Shown: positions 12,157 through 22,715 of the stretch, in pieces
Numbering within the stretch: the first letter of the stretch is position 1
Layout: each line of letters begins with the position of its first letter
Assembly (NCBI GenBank): GCA_049724395.1
Contig: JAUGWO010000015.1
Coordinates: 62,001 to 126,000, forward strand
Length of the DNA: 64,000 bases
DNA from: Spongospora subterranea f. sp. subterranea
Lineage: Eukaryota
Direction: 5' to 3'
Made by a program: the position numbers and the translations under genes
Notes under the pieces: model-generated
What the model saw: the letters and a program-made list of their open reading frames with translations, nothing else
What the model was told of the DNA's origin: nothing
Database searches by the model: none

Positions 12157-14405
12157 ATGCTGTCGAATGAAGACTCAATCATGGAACCGGGAGTTTTGAC
12201 TGCTCTGAAAGCGTTTATTTCTAATAGCGAGTCGAGGCTTTCGCAACCTGAGCGAGTGAAAGAGGCTATTCGGCAACTGTCAGAAGCATATAAAGGGAAA
12301 GCACAAATTTGCAACCTATTACGTGAATGGACACACGAAGTAATCGGCGAATCAGACGAGGTTGGCAATCTGAAATATGTTCAATATGTCGTTTCAAGTA
12401 CGGGTTACCCAGCCAATGTTTCCAGGAAATCAATGAGATTGTGATGGACCATTTTAAGGAGTTGGCAGTGCAGCAATTTGATATCAGCAAAGCGGACTCG
12501 ATATTCAGCGCTCCTGCAAAGGTTGAATTTGTTCGAAAATTATTGCTTCCAACGGTTTACTATTAGTCAGGGCGAGCCTGAATGGCTGACATTCATGATT
12601 CGGGATTCGGCGTGGCGTTCTGTACTTTATAAACTATCTCAAGATCATCCAAATTGTCTACTGCTGAATTTTGCAATTCGAAAAATCAGCGAGGAAGGAC
12701 ATGGAAATGAGCTTGCTGTTAGTGCAAGGTGATCAAAGAGAGTGTTTTTTCCTGAGAGTTTGTAATATGAGATACTAGAACGGGAGACATGCGGTTCAGC
12801 TTGTTCCAAACTGTTTTTCAAGAATCTTTGGTGCAAATTTCTTACAAAGAGGATTGTGACCAGTTCAAAGAATCTTTGTTGGAGTACCAAAGATTATGTT
12901 GTCAGACCCAGTTGTAAGTTGTGATCTGTATCAGACTCGAGATGCAATGGGACTTCTGATGTTCCATCAGCACATACGTATATGTACAATTTGTCTTGAC
13001 GATTCTGGGACGTCATCCAACTAATGGATTACTATTCCAGCGTCTTTCGCAAGCTGTTACTGCATATGCACAGGAACAGCATGGGGACAGGGTAAAGACC
13101 ATCGATCTTATTTTGACAGATGCACCCAAATTCCAAGGTCAGTCCGTATGTTTGTAAAAGCAGTTTTCTGTTTAACCGTCGTGCAGAAATATATAATGCG
13201 TTGAATTCCGTCTGGAAAGGTGGAAACCTTACAAGAACTGATGTGAAACATATTTATGAATTATATTCAAGCAATAATCCACCTCCCGTCTCTCTACTGA
13301 GGGGAAACTGTATATATGAGCCTCTGATAGAGGCTCTTTTTGACTATCAGAAAAAACCACAATTAGACTCGGTCTACAAACAGGTCAAAATTGTTGGCTA
13401 GTTTGGTTACGTTCGCTAATTTCTCTGGACAGTATTACATCTCGCTCCTGGCTTACGCTTCTTGTGTTCGAGATCATCGACAATGGTTCGGTGCATCGTC
13501 GATTCAATCCCGCCTTGATGACACTCTAGGTTCATATATATCTGTCCAACCGTTCATTTTTTCATTCAATGCATAGTTGATAAGTCGAGAATGAATGCTA
13601 CAATAGCCGCATTGAATGAGGTATGCGATTAAACCGAACACCCAATCTAAGCATGACACTCGTTATTCAGATATCAGCAATCTGTCAGAACAAGGAGTTT
13701 GGGTTCCATATAGTCCAATCGGAGCCAATGCTTCATGCTCATGTGCCACTTCCGGTTTGCTCATGTGCAATATTGCATTGGATAAAGCTGTCATTGCTTT
13801 CACCAGCTTACTATTCCACAACGTATCAATCTGTTTGTACACCGGTTTTCATACGCCTTCTCGGTATTTCAATGATTCTTCATCGATCTCAAATAATCGA
13901 TTTCATTTACAGGCGTAATTTCGACTTTGCATTCATTATTGCGACCTGGCGTTTTTTCTTTGCTATGCGCCACGTTTCATCTCAAGACAGATTTGCATGA
14001 TCTGGCCGTGATTAAGTTTCGAAAGATGCTATTGCAAGTGCTGATCCATCTTGGTACGTTGATTCTAACTTCTGTTTTACCAAATACGGTTCAATTTTTT
14101 GCTCAGTCCATCATGGGTTACTCGAAGAAGTGACGCAAATGGTGAAAGACAACGTCCCACGAATGGATCATTCTCTGGTGAGGTTTTTCATTGTCGAATT
14201 GCTACAAAGTACCGGCCCGCCCTACAGCGTGGAGTTTGCGAGCCGTGTTTTCTCGATTATTGCCATGCCCGATGCAACATTGGCCATTAACAATGACTCT
14301 GATAGCGTGTCTCAAGTTATCCAGTTTGCATCGAATGTTGATTGGATGGAAGTTCCCGACATCAAAGAGCAATGTAGCAAATGGAGATCAACTTCCATGA
14401 CATAA
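12157..14405 (+). CDS. NELFCD: Negative elongation factor C/D (TH1-like), multi-exon; a short upstream exon is likely
   Basis: DSIMEPGV..., LSEAYKGKAQICNLLREW, F...KADSIF...PEWL..MI....WR..LYKL...HPNCLLLNFAIRKISEEG and DHSLVRFFIVELL...PPYS.EF match TH1/NELF-D blocks. Confidence 0.85.
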
Positions 14406-14549
14406 ATTACTCAATGATCTCAATTTTGAACCTCGCTTCAACTTGTCACAAGCTAGAAATTGTGTTTTACTGATCTGTAATTTTGTAGATATCGCTGGAT
14501 TGCTCGGTACAGTTTTTTATCGATGGCTAGCCATATTTAACGAATCGTA

Positions 14550-15423
14550 ATGGAATCGGCTACAAACGAAGCGCAAACTCGATACTATTCGGAATCAGAG
14601 GTGTCCGTTCACAATGTCTACAATGACGCCTGGGTGTCGTTATTCGGAAAAGTGTTGAATATCACGGATCTGATCAGACAGTGTCTGGGCTCGTCAGGTC
14701 GTTTACCGAACGCGTTGGCTTGGCGTTTACCGGGCTGAACCCTTGGCACGATAGGGTCATATCTGGCAACGCCACTGGTGCAGTTCGCCGGTCAAGACAT
14801 CACTCATTGGTTCGACATCAAATCCCTCAACGTAAAGACCCATGTCGACCCAGTCAGCTCGCTAATCATGCCGTTTACGCCATATGGACGGTTTATTCAT
14901 GTTCCTCCCAATGACCCATCGGCCAACTGGAATACAAACTTTCAAGTTCCATGGTGGCAAGATGAGCAATATATTATCGGTTCGTAATATTTTATAGGTC
15001 CAATTGCTTTTCGAACAGTATCGTCGATCTCCACACAGGTGTATTGAACGTTGTCGTCCAGGGACGTTGTCGAAGAAAAGCCGAAACCTTCGTGTGGTGA
15101 ATATGCTAACCCATCAAACGCACGTATTCGAGGTGTGCTCGGAGGAGACCATCAAGGCAGTTCAGGCACGTTATCTGCAGTATAACGCTCATGCCAGCTC
15201 CTATACATGGAAACGACTCGGGCGGGTGTTAGGTTTGGAGGATTGGGTCGAAACGCCAGCCTGGGTGTCAATGATGGGATGTGCGTTGGCAGATTTGCAC
15301 AAGACCCTGGTCGAGAACGGGATCGAAGACGAGTCGGATGAATTTGAGTCGCTGGGTATCAATGAGCAACATCATCTTCCATGTTTACAACTCTATTACA
15401 ACGATGATCTCAGCGTTGCGTAG
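14550..15423 (+). CDS. CYB5D1: Cytochrome b5 domain-containing protein 1 (flagellar)
   Basis: RYY...EV..HN...DAWVSLFGKV, AGQDITHWFD, TPYGRFIHVPP, VPWWQDEQY.IG, EVCSEET, YNAHASSYTWK, LYYNDDLSVA. Confidence 0.9.
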
Positions 15424-15618
15424 AGATAGCAGCCTAATCTACACGACAAGGATTACGTGAATAATTCTTATAAAAAATTCAGATTTATCCGTTTCTTCTC
15501 GATTGACATTCTCTGTTCGCTTATGACCCAGGCGATGGCGCTAATGAGGGTACCGATAACGATCGACGACTTGGTTAAGCGGTGTTCAAGATAGGTTTCT
15601 CGAACTAAGTTGAAGGCC

Positions 15619-17461
15619 ATGTCCAAAGCGAAAGGAAAGGGCGGAAAGGGGAAGGCAACTGCCGCCCCGGCTGCTGCCGTTCAGCCATCGGTCTCCATCG
15701 ACCAGACCGATGACGCCAACAATTTCCGGAAGATCTTGCGAATCATGACGGCCGAGGCGGAATCCGAGAAGAAGGTCATGAACGATTTCCAACAGCAACA
15801 GCAGAAGATACGATGGTTCTGGAACATCGAGAAGAAGAAACTGGAGGATCTGAAAGCGGCGGAACGGCGTAAAGCGAGGAGCATGGAAGATCTGGCCGAA
15901 AAGCATAATTTCGAGCTCAATGTTTATAAGATGAAGATCTGTCACGTTCTTCATGAACATCAATCGAGGTGAACTTCCGTCGGCATTGTTAAAGGGACGT
16001 CTTGGTGACGGCGATGAACAGGTTGACCGATATCAGAACCGATGCGGAAATACAGCTGAACAATATCCAGACGCAGAACCGCGCCGCTGAGCACGAGATC
16101 AGGGACACGGTCTGGGAAGTGAAAACGGTAAATCGGATCGTCGAAAAACCTTGATATCGTGGTGGGCATGTAACGTTCCGAATCGCAATTCTGGTTTAGC
16201 AATTGAGGGAGCTGGAGTTGTGCCATATTGAGCTGGTGCGAATGCAGAGGCACGAACACGAAAAGAACGTAATGAACTTGAGAAGGGAATACCAAAGGAG
16301 AGCGGAGGAAATGCGATTGTCGTTCGAGGATTCGATGTCGGCGACGCGGAAACAGAAATCCGAGACGAGGAAGGCGGAGGTGAAGCGGATCGAGCGGATC
16401 AAGTCGGACCACATCGCCCATCTGATGTCGCTCCATAAGGACGAGTTCCAGCAGATCAAGAACTACTATCACGATATCACACATAATAATCTGGACCTGA
16501 TCAAGAGCCTGAAGGAGGAGGTGATCGACCTGAAGAAGAAGGAGCACAATGACGAGAAAGCGATGGCCGAGATCGCTCAGGTAATTGCGCCAACATGATG
16601 GTGATCCCGTTCATCCGGAACTGGATCTCAGGTCAACAAACGCCTATCGGAACCGCTAAAACGACATCTTCGCGAAGTCGAGAACCTTCGTGGAGAACTT
16701 CACAATTACGAGCGAGATAAGGTGATTTGACGAACGGAATATGGCGCTGATGGCGTAATGAAAATCTGGTCCAGGTGCAACTGCAGGCGACGAAAGAACG
16801 GACCGCGTCTTTGGAGAACAGCCTGAAGAACATCAGCTGGGAATACGAGGTGGCCCAATCGTGTGGAACTGTCGCCATATCCGATTGCTAATCGAACTCG
16901 GACCCGGGGTGGACCTACAGGTGCTGTTTCAGAAGGAGGAACACGCGCGAGAGGAACGGGATCTGGTACAGGAGAAGCTCGATAAGACCATCGTCGAGGT
17001 GCAGAAACGCTCCTCGTTCAAAACGTTGCTGATGGAAGCGAAACTGGACGCGCTGCAATCGGATATCGAGAAAAAGGAAACCGCTTTACATCAGGTCGAT
17101 TTGGAGAGGAATCTCCACCAACGCGAAATTGACCGTTATCTCACACGATATATGTTGCGATTTGACAGATTCTGTTGTCGACGAATATTCAGCCGGAACT
17201 GCTGCAGGAGCCGTCGCAGCGATTGGACGACGTTCTGCAGCGGAAGAACGACCAGATCAAGGAGATGCAGGATCGGGTCGACGAGCTGAAATCAGTTCAG
17301 TATTTTCGGCGCCCTCCCCGTCGGTATTCTATCGCCGCGACTGATGTTGGTTTGTGTTCCCTGTCCAGATGTATTCGAAAGTGATCGAGGTCTATAGCGA
17401 TCGATTACGACAGTTCCGGGTCCATCCCGACGAGATTGGATTTCAGCCACAAAAACTATAA
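15619..17461 (+). CDS. GAS8: Growth arrest-specific 8 / DRC4 (trypanin), dynein regulatory complex
   Basis: Coiled coil with IKNYYHDITHNNLDLIKSLKEEV and N.RLSEPL. Seven GT-AG introns. Confidence 0.9.
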
Positions 17462-17498
17462 AAAAAAACGCCAGATCAACTTTGCACATTTAACGGGT

Positions 17499-19309
17499 TT
17501 ATGATAATTTAACGGGATTGGATTTCGTGGTCCGCTTCTTAGCGGCCGCCGATCCAGATTTCGTGGCGTATTCGTCCAGACGCAGACGGGCCATTCGCAG
17601 CCTAGAGTTGACGCGTTCGAACGAGGCGCTGACTTGATCGGCGTCCAGCGCGTATTCGCCTAGGGTCAATCCGATATGCTTCTCGATCACCTAAATCACG
17701 ATTCAGCGAAATAGGGCAAGGGAACCGCCGCGCGCGAGTTCACCTGCCACAGATCCAGATCGTACTGGGTCAGAATCGAGGTCGCTCGACCGGATCGTCC
17801 AGCACGAGCCGTTCGTCCAACACGATGAACGTAATCTGCCGGATTCCTAAACGGTGTTCCCCCGAAGAATCAGTTTCCGAATGTTGAGCACGAACATTGA
17901 GGGTGACCTTGGCAGGTCGTAATTCACGACCAGCTCCACGTTGGGAATATCGAGCCCACGACTAGCGACGTCGGTGGCGATGAGAATCCTGGCGCGGCCG
18001 CTGCGAAACTTGCCGAGCGCCGCCATTCTGTGGCCGGGATCGTTGGTCAACGTGAGCCACTGGATATACGACGTGACACTCCGACCTTCTACGCTGGCTG
18101 ACATTGGAGTGCAGGCCAACGCAATCGATCTCCAACAACGTCAACATCTCACACAGAATCTCGGCCGTTTTACAGGTCGCAACGAAGACGATGGAGAGGT
18201 GGTCGGGCTTGTCGACCGTCTCCTATGATCTGCAATTCAGAACAACACGACGGAACAACGAACAATGCGGTTCGATGAACCTGCAGAAGTTTGACCAGGA
18301 CACAATGCTTTAGCGATTGAGGAAAGAACACGTATTGTTGAGTTAGGTTATCGCACGTTGTGAATTCGGTCTGTGATCTATAATGTTCAAAAACACACCA
18401 AGAGATTAGGGGGAAACAATAGGTTTGTTGAATCGAATATTACGCGCATTCAAAGACAAACGGGGTCTTGGATGAGGAGAATGAGCGAACCTGATTGGTG
18501 ATTGTGGCTGAGAATAGCAATGTTTGTCGGGTTGATGGGAGAGCGTCGGTGATTGTGGACAGATCGTCGGCGAAGTGATCCTCCAGAAGGCGATCGGCTT
18601 CGTCCAGGACCAGGAACTAGAGACGTTGTGTTGTCAGGACGACGAGGGGACGATTACGAAAAAGGGAACGGCCAACCTTGAGATGAGCGAGATGGAGGTC
18701 CCGACCATTGCTACGAATATGGTCGGCGAGACGGCCAGGAGTCGCCACGATAATATGAGGACGATTGTTCAGCGCCACAGTTTGGGGGATCTGATATCGT
18801 CAACGATGAGATCAGCGTTGGAATCTGTACGAGGAGCGTCGATGATTTTTTTTTCACCTGATCCATTCCCCCAATAATGACGCTGCATTTCAGGTGGCAC
18901 GAGACGCCTTTGTTGGGCGTCAGACGAGATGGGTGGGGTAGACAAGATGCCCTTACCGATGGCGGTAAACTGCTCGGCGATCTGGATGGCCAACTCCCGA
19001 GCTGGGGTCAGGACGATGGCGAATATCCCAAAGGGATCACGGGAGAGGATCTCGAGGATCGGGAGGGCGAAGGCGGCGGTTTTACCACTGCCGGTCACTG
19101 CACGACCGATCACATCGCTCCCTGAAACAGAGGTGAACGATGAGAAACCCCATTGCGTGGCCGGTGATCGATATCGATCGTCGTCGTGTGAAACCTGATA
19201 ATATCTGGGGAATACATCGCTCCTGGATCTCGGTCGGGCAACGAATACCCATCAGACGACACGCCTCAATCAACCATGGGCTCAATCCCAGGCTCTGATC
19301 AAACCCCAC
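17499..19309 (-). CDS. DDX49: DEAD-box RNA helicase DDX49/Dbp8; start uncertain
   Basis: [88 protein letters not shown]. Confidence 0.88.
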
Positions 19310-19722
19310 GTCATCACCCGTCGATAAACACGTTCCCAGACCATCTGTCCCCCATTACCTTGAAGGTGGATTTTGGTTTACACACTCCCATTGACACTTA
19401 GAATGGTCAAAAACGGTAATGGACTTCTGGTAAATTTCCGTCCTGAACCGATTTCCCAGATCAAAATCGCTGCGCATTTTCTGCGCTGCGGACTTTATTA
19501 TGATACGTGTTGACGTGGGAAGATCGTCATTTGATATATCTCCTCTGAATGGGCTTTACCTTTACCAGCCGTTGTGGTGGATCGTTATACTCGACCTTGA
19601 ATGGTTATATATATGGTTCCTGTGAATAAGTCTGTTGCAGTTTTGTGTCTTCTATTCAAAGGCGTCGTTCAGGAAGAAAGGCGGTGTGACAGTGGCCATC
19701 ATTATGCTCGCTGTCTTTTAGC

Positions 19723-19978
19723 GTGCGCAGATCTACCTACTGCTTTTTCGTCGTTGTAATGATAAATGTCGTTTAGAAAATCTTCTACTTCATATCCGGC
19801 GTTATGCGGATAATTTATGGAATGGTACGGAAGACCTCAAAAATCAGGTTGCTCATGATGGCGCCGGATATGACGTAGAAGATTTTCTGAAATTACGATC
19901 ACTATGCCAATCGGCGGATTGTTACAGCAACGACATTTATCACAACGACTAAAACGCGCAGTAGGTAGAACTGGGCAC
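19723..19978. repeat. Imperfect inverted repeat (fold-back); arms about 19723-19805 and 19858-19978
   Basis: agaaaatcttctacttcatatccggc pairs with gccggatatgacgtagaagattttct. gtgcgcagatctacctactgc pairs with gcagtaggtagaactgggcac. Confidence 0.8.
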
Positions 19979-20472
19979 AGGGTGCCAACATCACTGGCCA
20001 GTTTATGATTATCTAATCCAGCACATATTTGCCTTTGTGATTGGTCCATTTTGTGTCGGGGAAGAGGATTCTGGTGAAGTCCATTTCTTCATGTTGTGTG
20101 TTTGACCGCGGCATCGGCCGGTGATCAACAATGATTGTAAAATTTGAGCGAGGCTCATTGTGTATACGCCTATACTCTCAACCATGTGGATTCTGCTAAG
20201 AATATGGCCACTCGACAGATGCGTTTGACTCCTTTACCCTCGCCTCATTTAGCGTTCAGGCAGATTCTTGCGCACGACTGCGAAAACGTTCTCGCTGCAA
20301 TGTTAAGGCGTTGTGGTCTCTAGACGTGAAGTTACGGCCGTCGTCGTGCTTCCGTAAGAACGGGATTGGATGAATAACGTTGAAACCATTATTCCACATA
20401 GCCTATTACAGATCAGCAAATCAGACCTGTTTGATTCAAACACGGGTACCTTGGTTGCAGACCGCATCTCAC

Positions 20473-20950
20473 TGATAATGCAGAAGATCGGAACTGTTTC
20501 GATTAATTTCTCCTGCCATTCATGGCGGGCTATTTCTGCGTCCAGTTCAGTATCCAGCATATTTTCTGGGTTATTGCCTTGATGTTGTGAGTGCTGCAAT
20601 GCCTCCTCCTCCTCTGTAGTCAACTCTCAGAGTTGGGACTCTTAATTTGATCAATTTCATTCAATATAGGAGTTGGCAGTCGTTATTCTTGGCTTGCCGT
20701 TGAATGGAATTATACAGTTTGAGGCTTCCATTCAACGGCAAGGCAAGAATAGAATCCTCTATCTCATGAAATTAATCAGATTAAGAGTCCCAACTCTGCG
20801 AGATGACAACAGAGCAGGAGGAGGCATTGCAGCACCCACAACAGCAAGGCAAAACCCAGAAAATATGCTGGATGGACGCAGAAATAGCCCGCCATGAAAG
20901 GCAGGAGACAATTAATCGATTGAAACAGTTCCGATCTTCTGCATTATCTG
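20473..20950. repeat. Long hairpin of retroelement-associated sequence with a 16-nt loop (20710-20725)
   Basis: Both strands encode near-identical peptides (MTTE.EEALQH.Q.QG..., DAEIARHE.QE). The inner stem attcttggcttgccgttgaatggaa pairs with ttccattcaacggcaaggcaagaat. Confidence 0.9.
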
Positions 20951-22200
20951 TAACTGATAAAGGAGAACCCAGCGGTGTAGCAAATGGAATGACTATGGAC
21001 CGGGTTGAAGCACCTCGGTTCAATGGGAAAGATGCAAATTTCCACTACTCGCTGATAATGCAGCAAAATATGCAGCAAAATACCTAAAGAGATCACAGGC
21101 ATCGATAAGACCGGCGTGCCAACATCAGCCATTACACCTCGCCTCTACAAACCCAGCAGGACTTAAGGGCCCTTACTTTAATCCACCTAAATTTGGTATC
21201 GGAAGAAGTTGCCCGGATTACGAATATCACGGCTTGTAGCACAGCGGCACTAGCATGGCGAGCGATATATTCCACGTACAGCAGGACGACACGGTCCGTC
21301 ATGAGCCAAGCTATTCAAGCATTATCTTCCATCCGGCAAGGCGATGACAAACCAACTAGACAATTCGCCTCGCGAATGTCGAGCGCAGCGACGCGTGTCC
21401 GAGCTGTTATTCCGGAGAAGTTACTCACAGTGACACCGGAACTTAAGGCGATGATTATGTTACTGGCAGTAAATAACCGGTTCAAGACATTATAGCAAGT
21501 GAGGCGATGATTATGTTACTGGCAGTAAATAACCGGTTCAAGACATTATAGCAAGTGAGGCGATGATTATGTTACTGGCAGTAAATAACCGGTTCAAGAC
21601 GTTATAGCAAGTGAGTAGCGATGATTATGTTACTGGCAGTAAATAACCGGTTCAAGACGTTATAGCAAGTGAGGCGATGATTATGTTACTGGCAGTAAAT
21701 AACCGGTTCAAGACGTTATAGCAAGTGAGGCGATGATTATGTTACTGGCAGTAAATAACCGGTTCAAGACGTTATAGCAAGTGAGGCGATGATTATGTTA
21801 CTGGCAGTAAATAACCGGTTCAAGACGTTATAGCAAGTGAGGCGATGATTATGTTACTGGCAGTAAATAACCGGTTCAAGACGTTATAGCAAGTGTATCC
21901 TTAACGGTCAAGAGGCGGATGTACCTCTGCACTGTGAGAAGTTGACGGCAATGATGTTGGAGGAAGAAGGGACGGAACCCCCCTCCGCCACCAATCTTCA
22001 ATCAGCATCGATAGCAAAATTGAAAATGGAATTATACAGTTTGAAGGCTTCCATTCAACGGCAAGGCAAGAGTAACGACTGCCGACTCGAGCGGTCTGAA
22101 CAAGCTTGTAGATATTTCGGCCTGGTCAACCACTCCCTGATGGCACTTCAACAGCCGTGTCAGAGTCTTGGGCGGTGCCCATGATGCGATCGATTACGAA
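20803..22200 (+). pseudogene. Degraded Ty1/Copia-like gag (Retrotran_gag_2-like), interrupted by a tandem array
   Basis: APRFNGKDANF, I..C.TA..AW.AI...YS, L..I.QG, KAMIMLLAV..RFKTL, EKLTAMMLEEE. Contains stops and frameshifts. Confidence 0.65.
21446..21895 (+). repeat. Tandem repeat, 56-bp unit x8
   Basis: Unit gcgatgattatgttactggcagtaaataaccggttcaagacrttatagcaagtgag starts at 21448, 21504, 21560, 21618, 21674, 21730, 21786 and 21842. Confidence 0.97.
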
Positions 22201-22715
22201 TGCAGAGACGTCGGGGGAAATCGCATCTAATCATCAACTGGTATCCCAATCGCAGTCGAATTTGGACTTTATTTGAAAAGAGAAACACGTCAATTTGGAT
22301 GGAATGGTAAATGTGTAATAGATGTAGCGGGAAACGAATTTTAGGTCGCCAGCGTCCAGATACCGATTTATAGCAGACCAGAAGATTTACCCACCAGTGT
22401 TCACTGATGGGATACGTGTGGATTTATGTCCTATCATCATGCAGCAAATCAGTGTCGACAGTGGTTCACAGAACAGCAGATGCGTGTTCTTCCTGAACTG
22501 ACAACCTTACTAAACAATAAGCAACATTGATATATCCTATACGTTGGCAGTGTAATTCGCAAGCTCCGACAGATTGTATCCTGATGAACTGACACCACTC
22601 TAGAAATTGGGCAGATAACGTATCGCGTTGGACAACAGGGCATGATCGCAAACTGCCCGGGCTTGCGAATTCACTGCCAACGTATATACATGTATTAATG
22701 TTCTTTATGGTTTAG

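Noticed and set aside
15586..16547. Minus-strand ORFs of 125 and 195 aa
   Set aside because: They are antisense shadows of GAS8.
21446..21895. CRISPR-like array
   Set aside because: It is a pure head-to-tail 56-bp duplication of gag sequence with no spacers.
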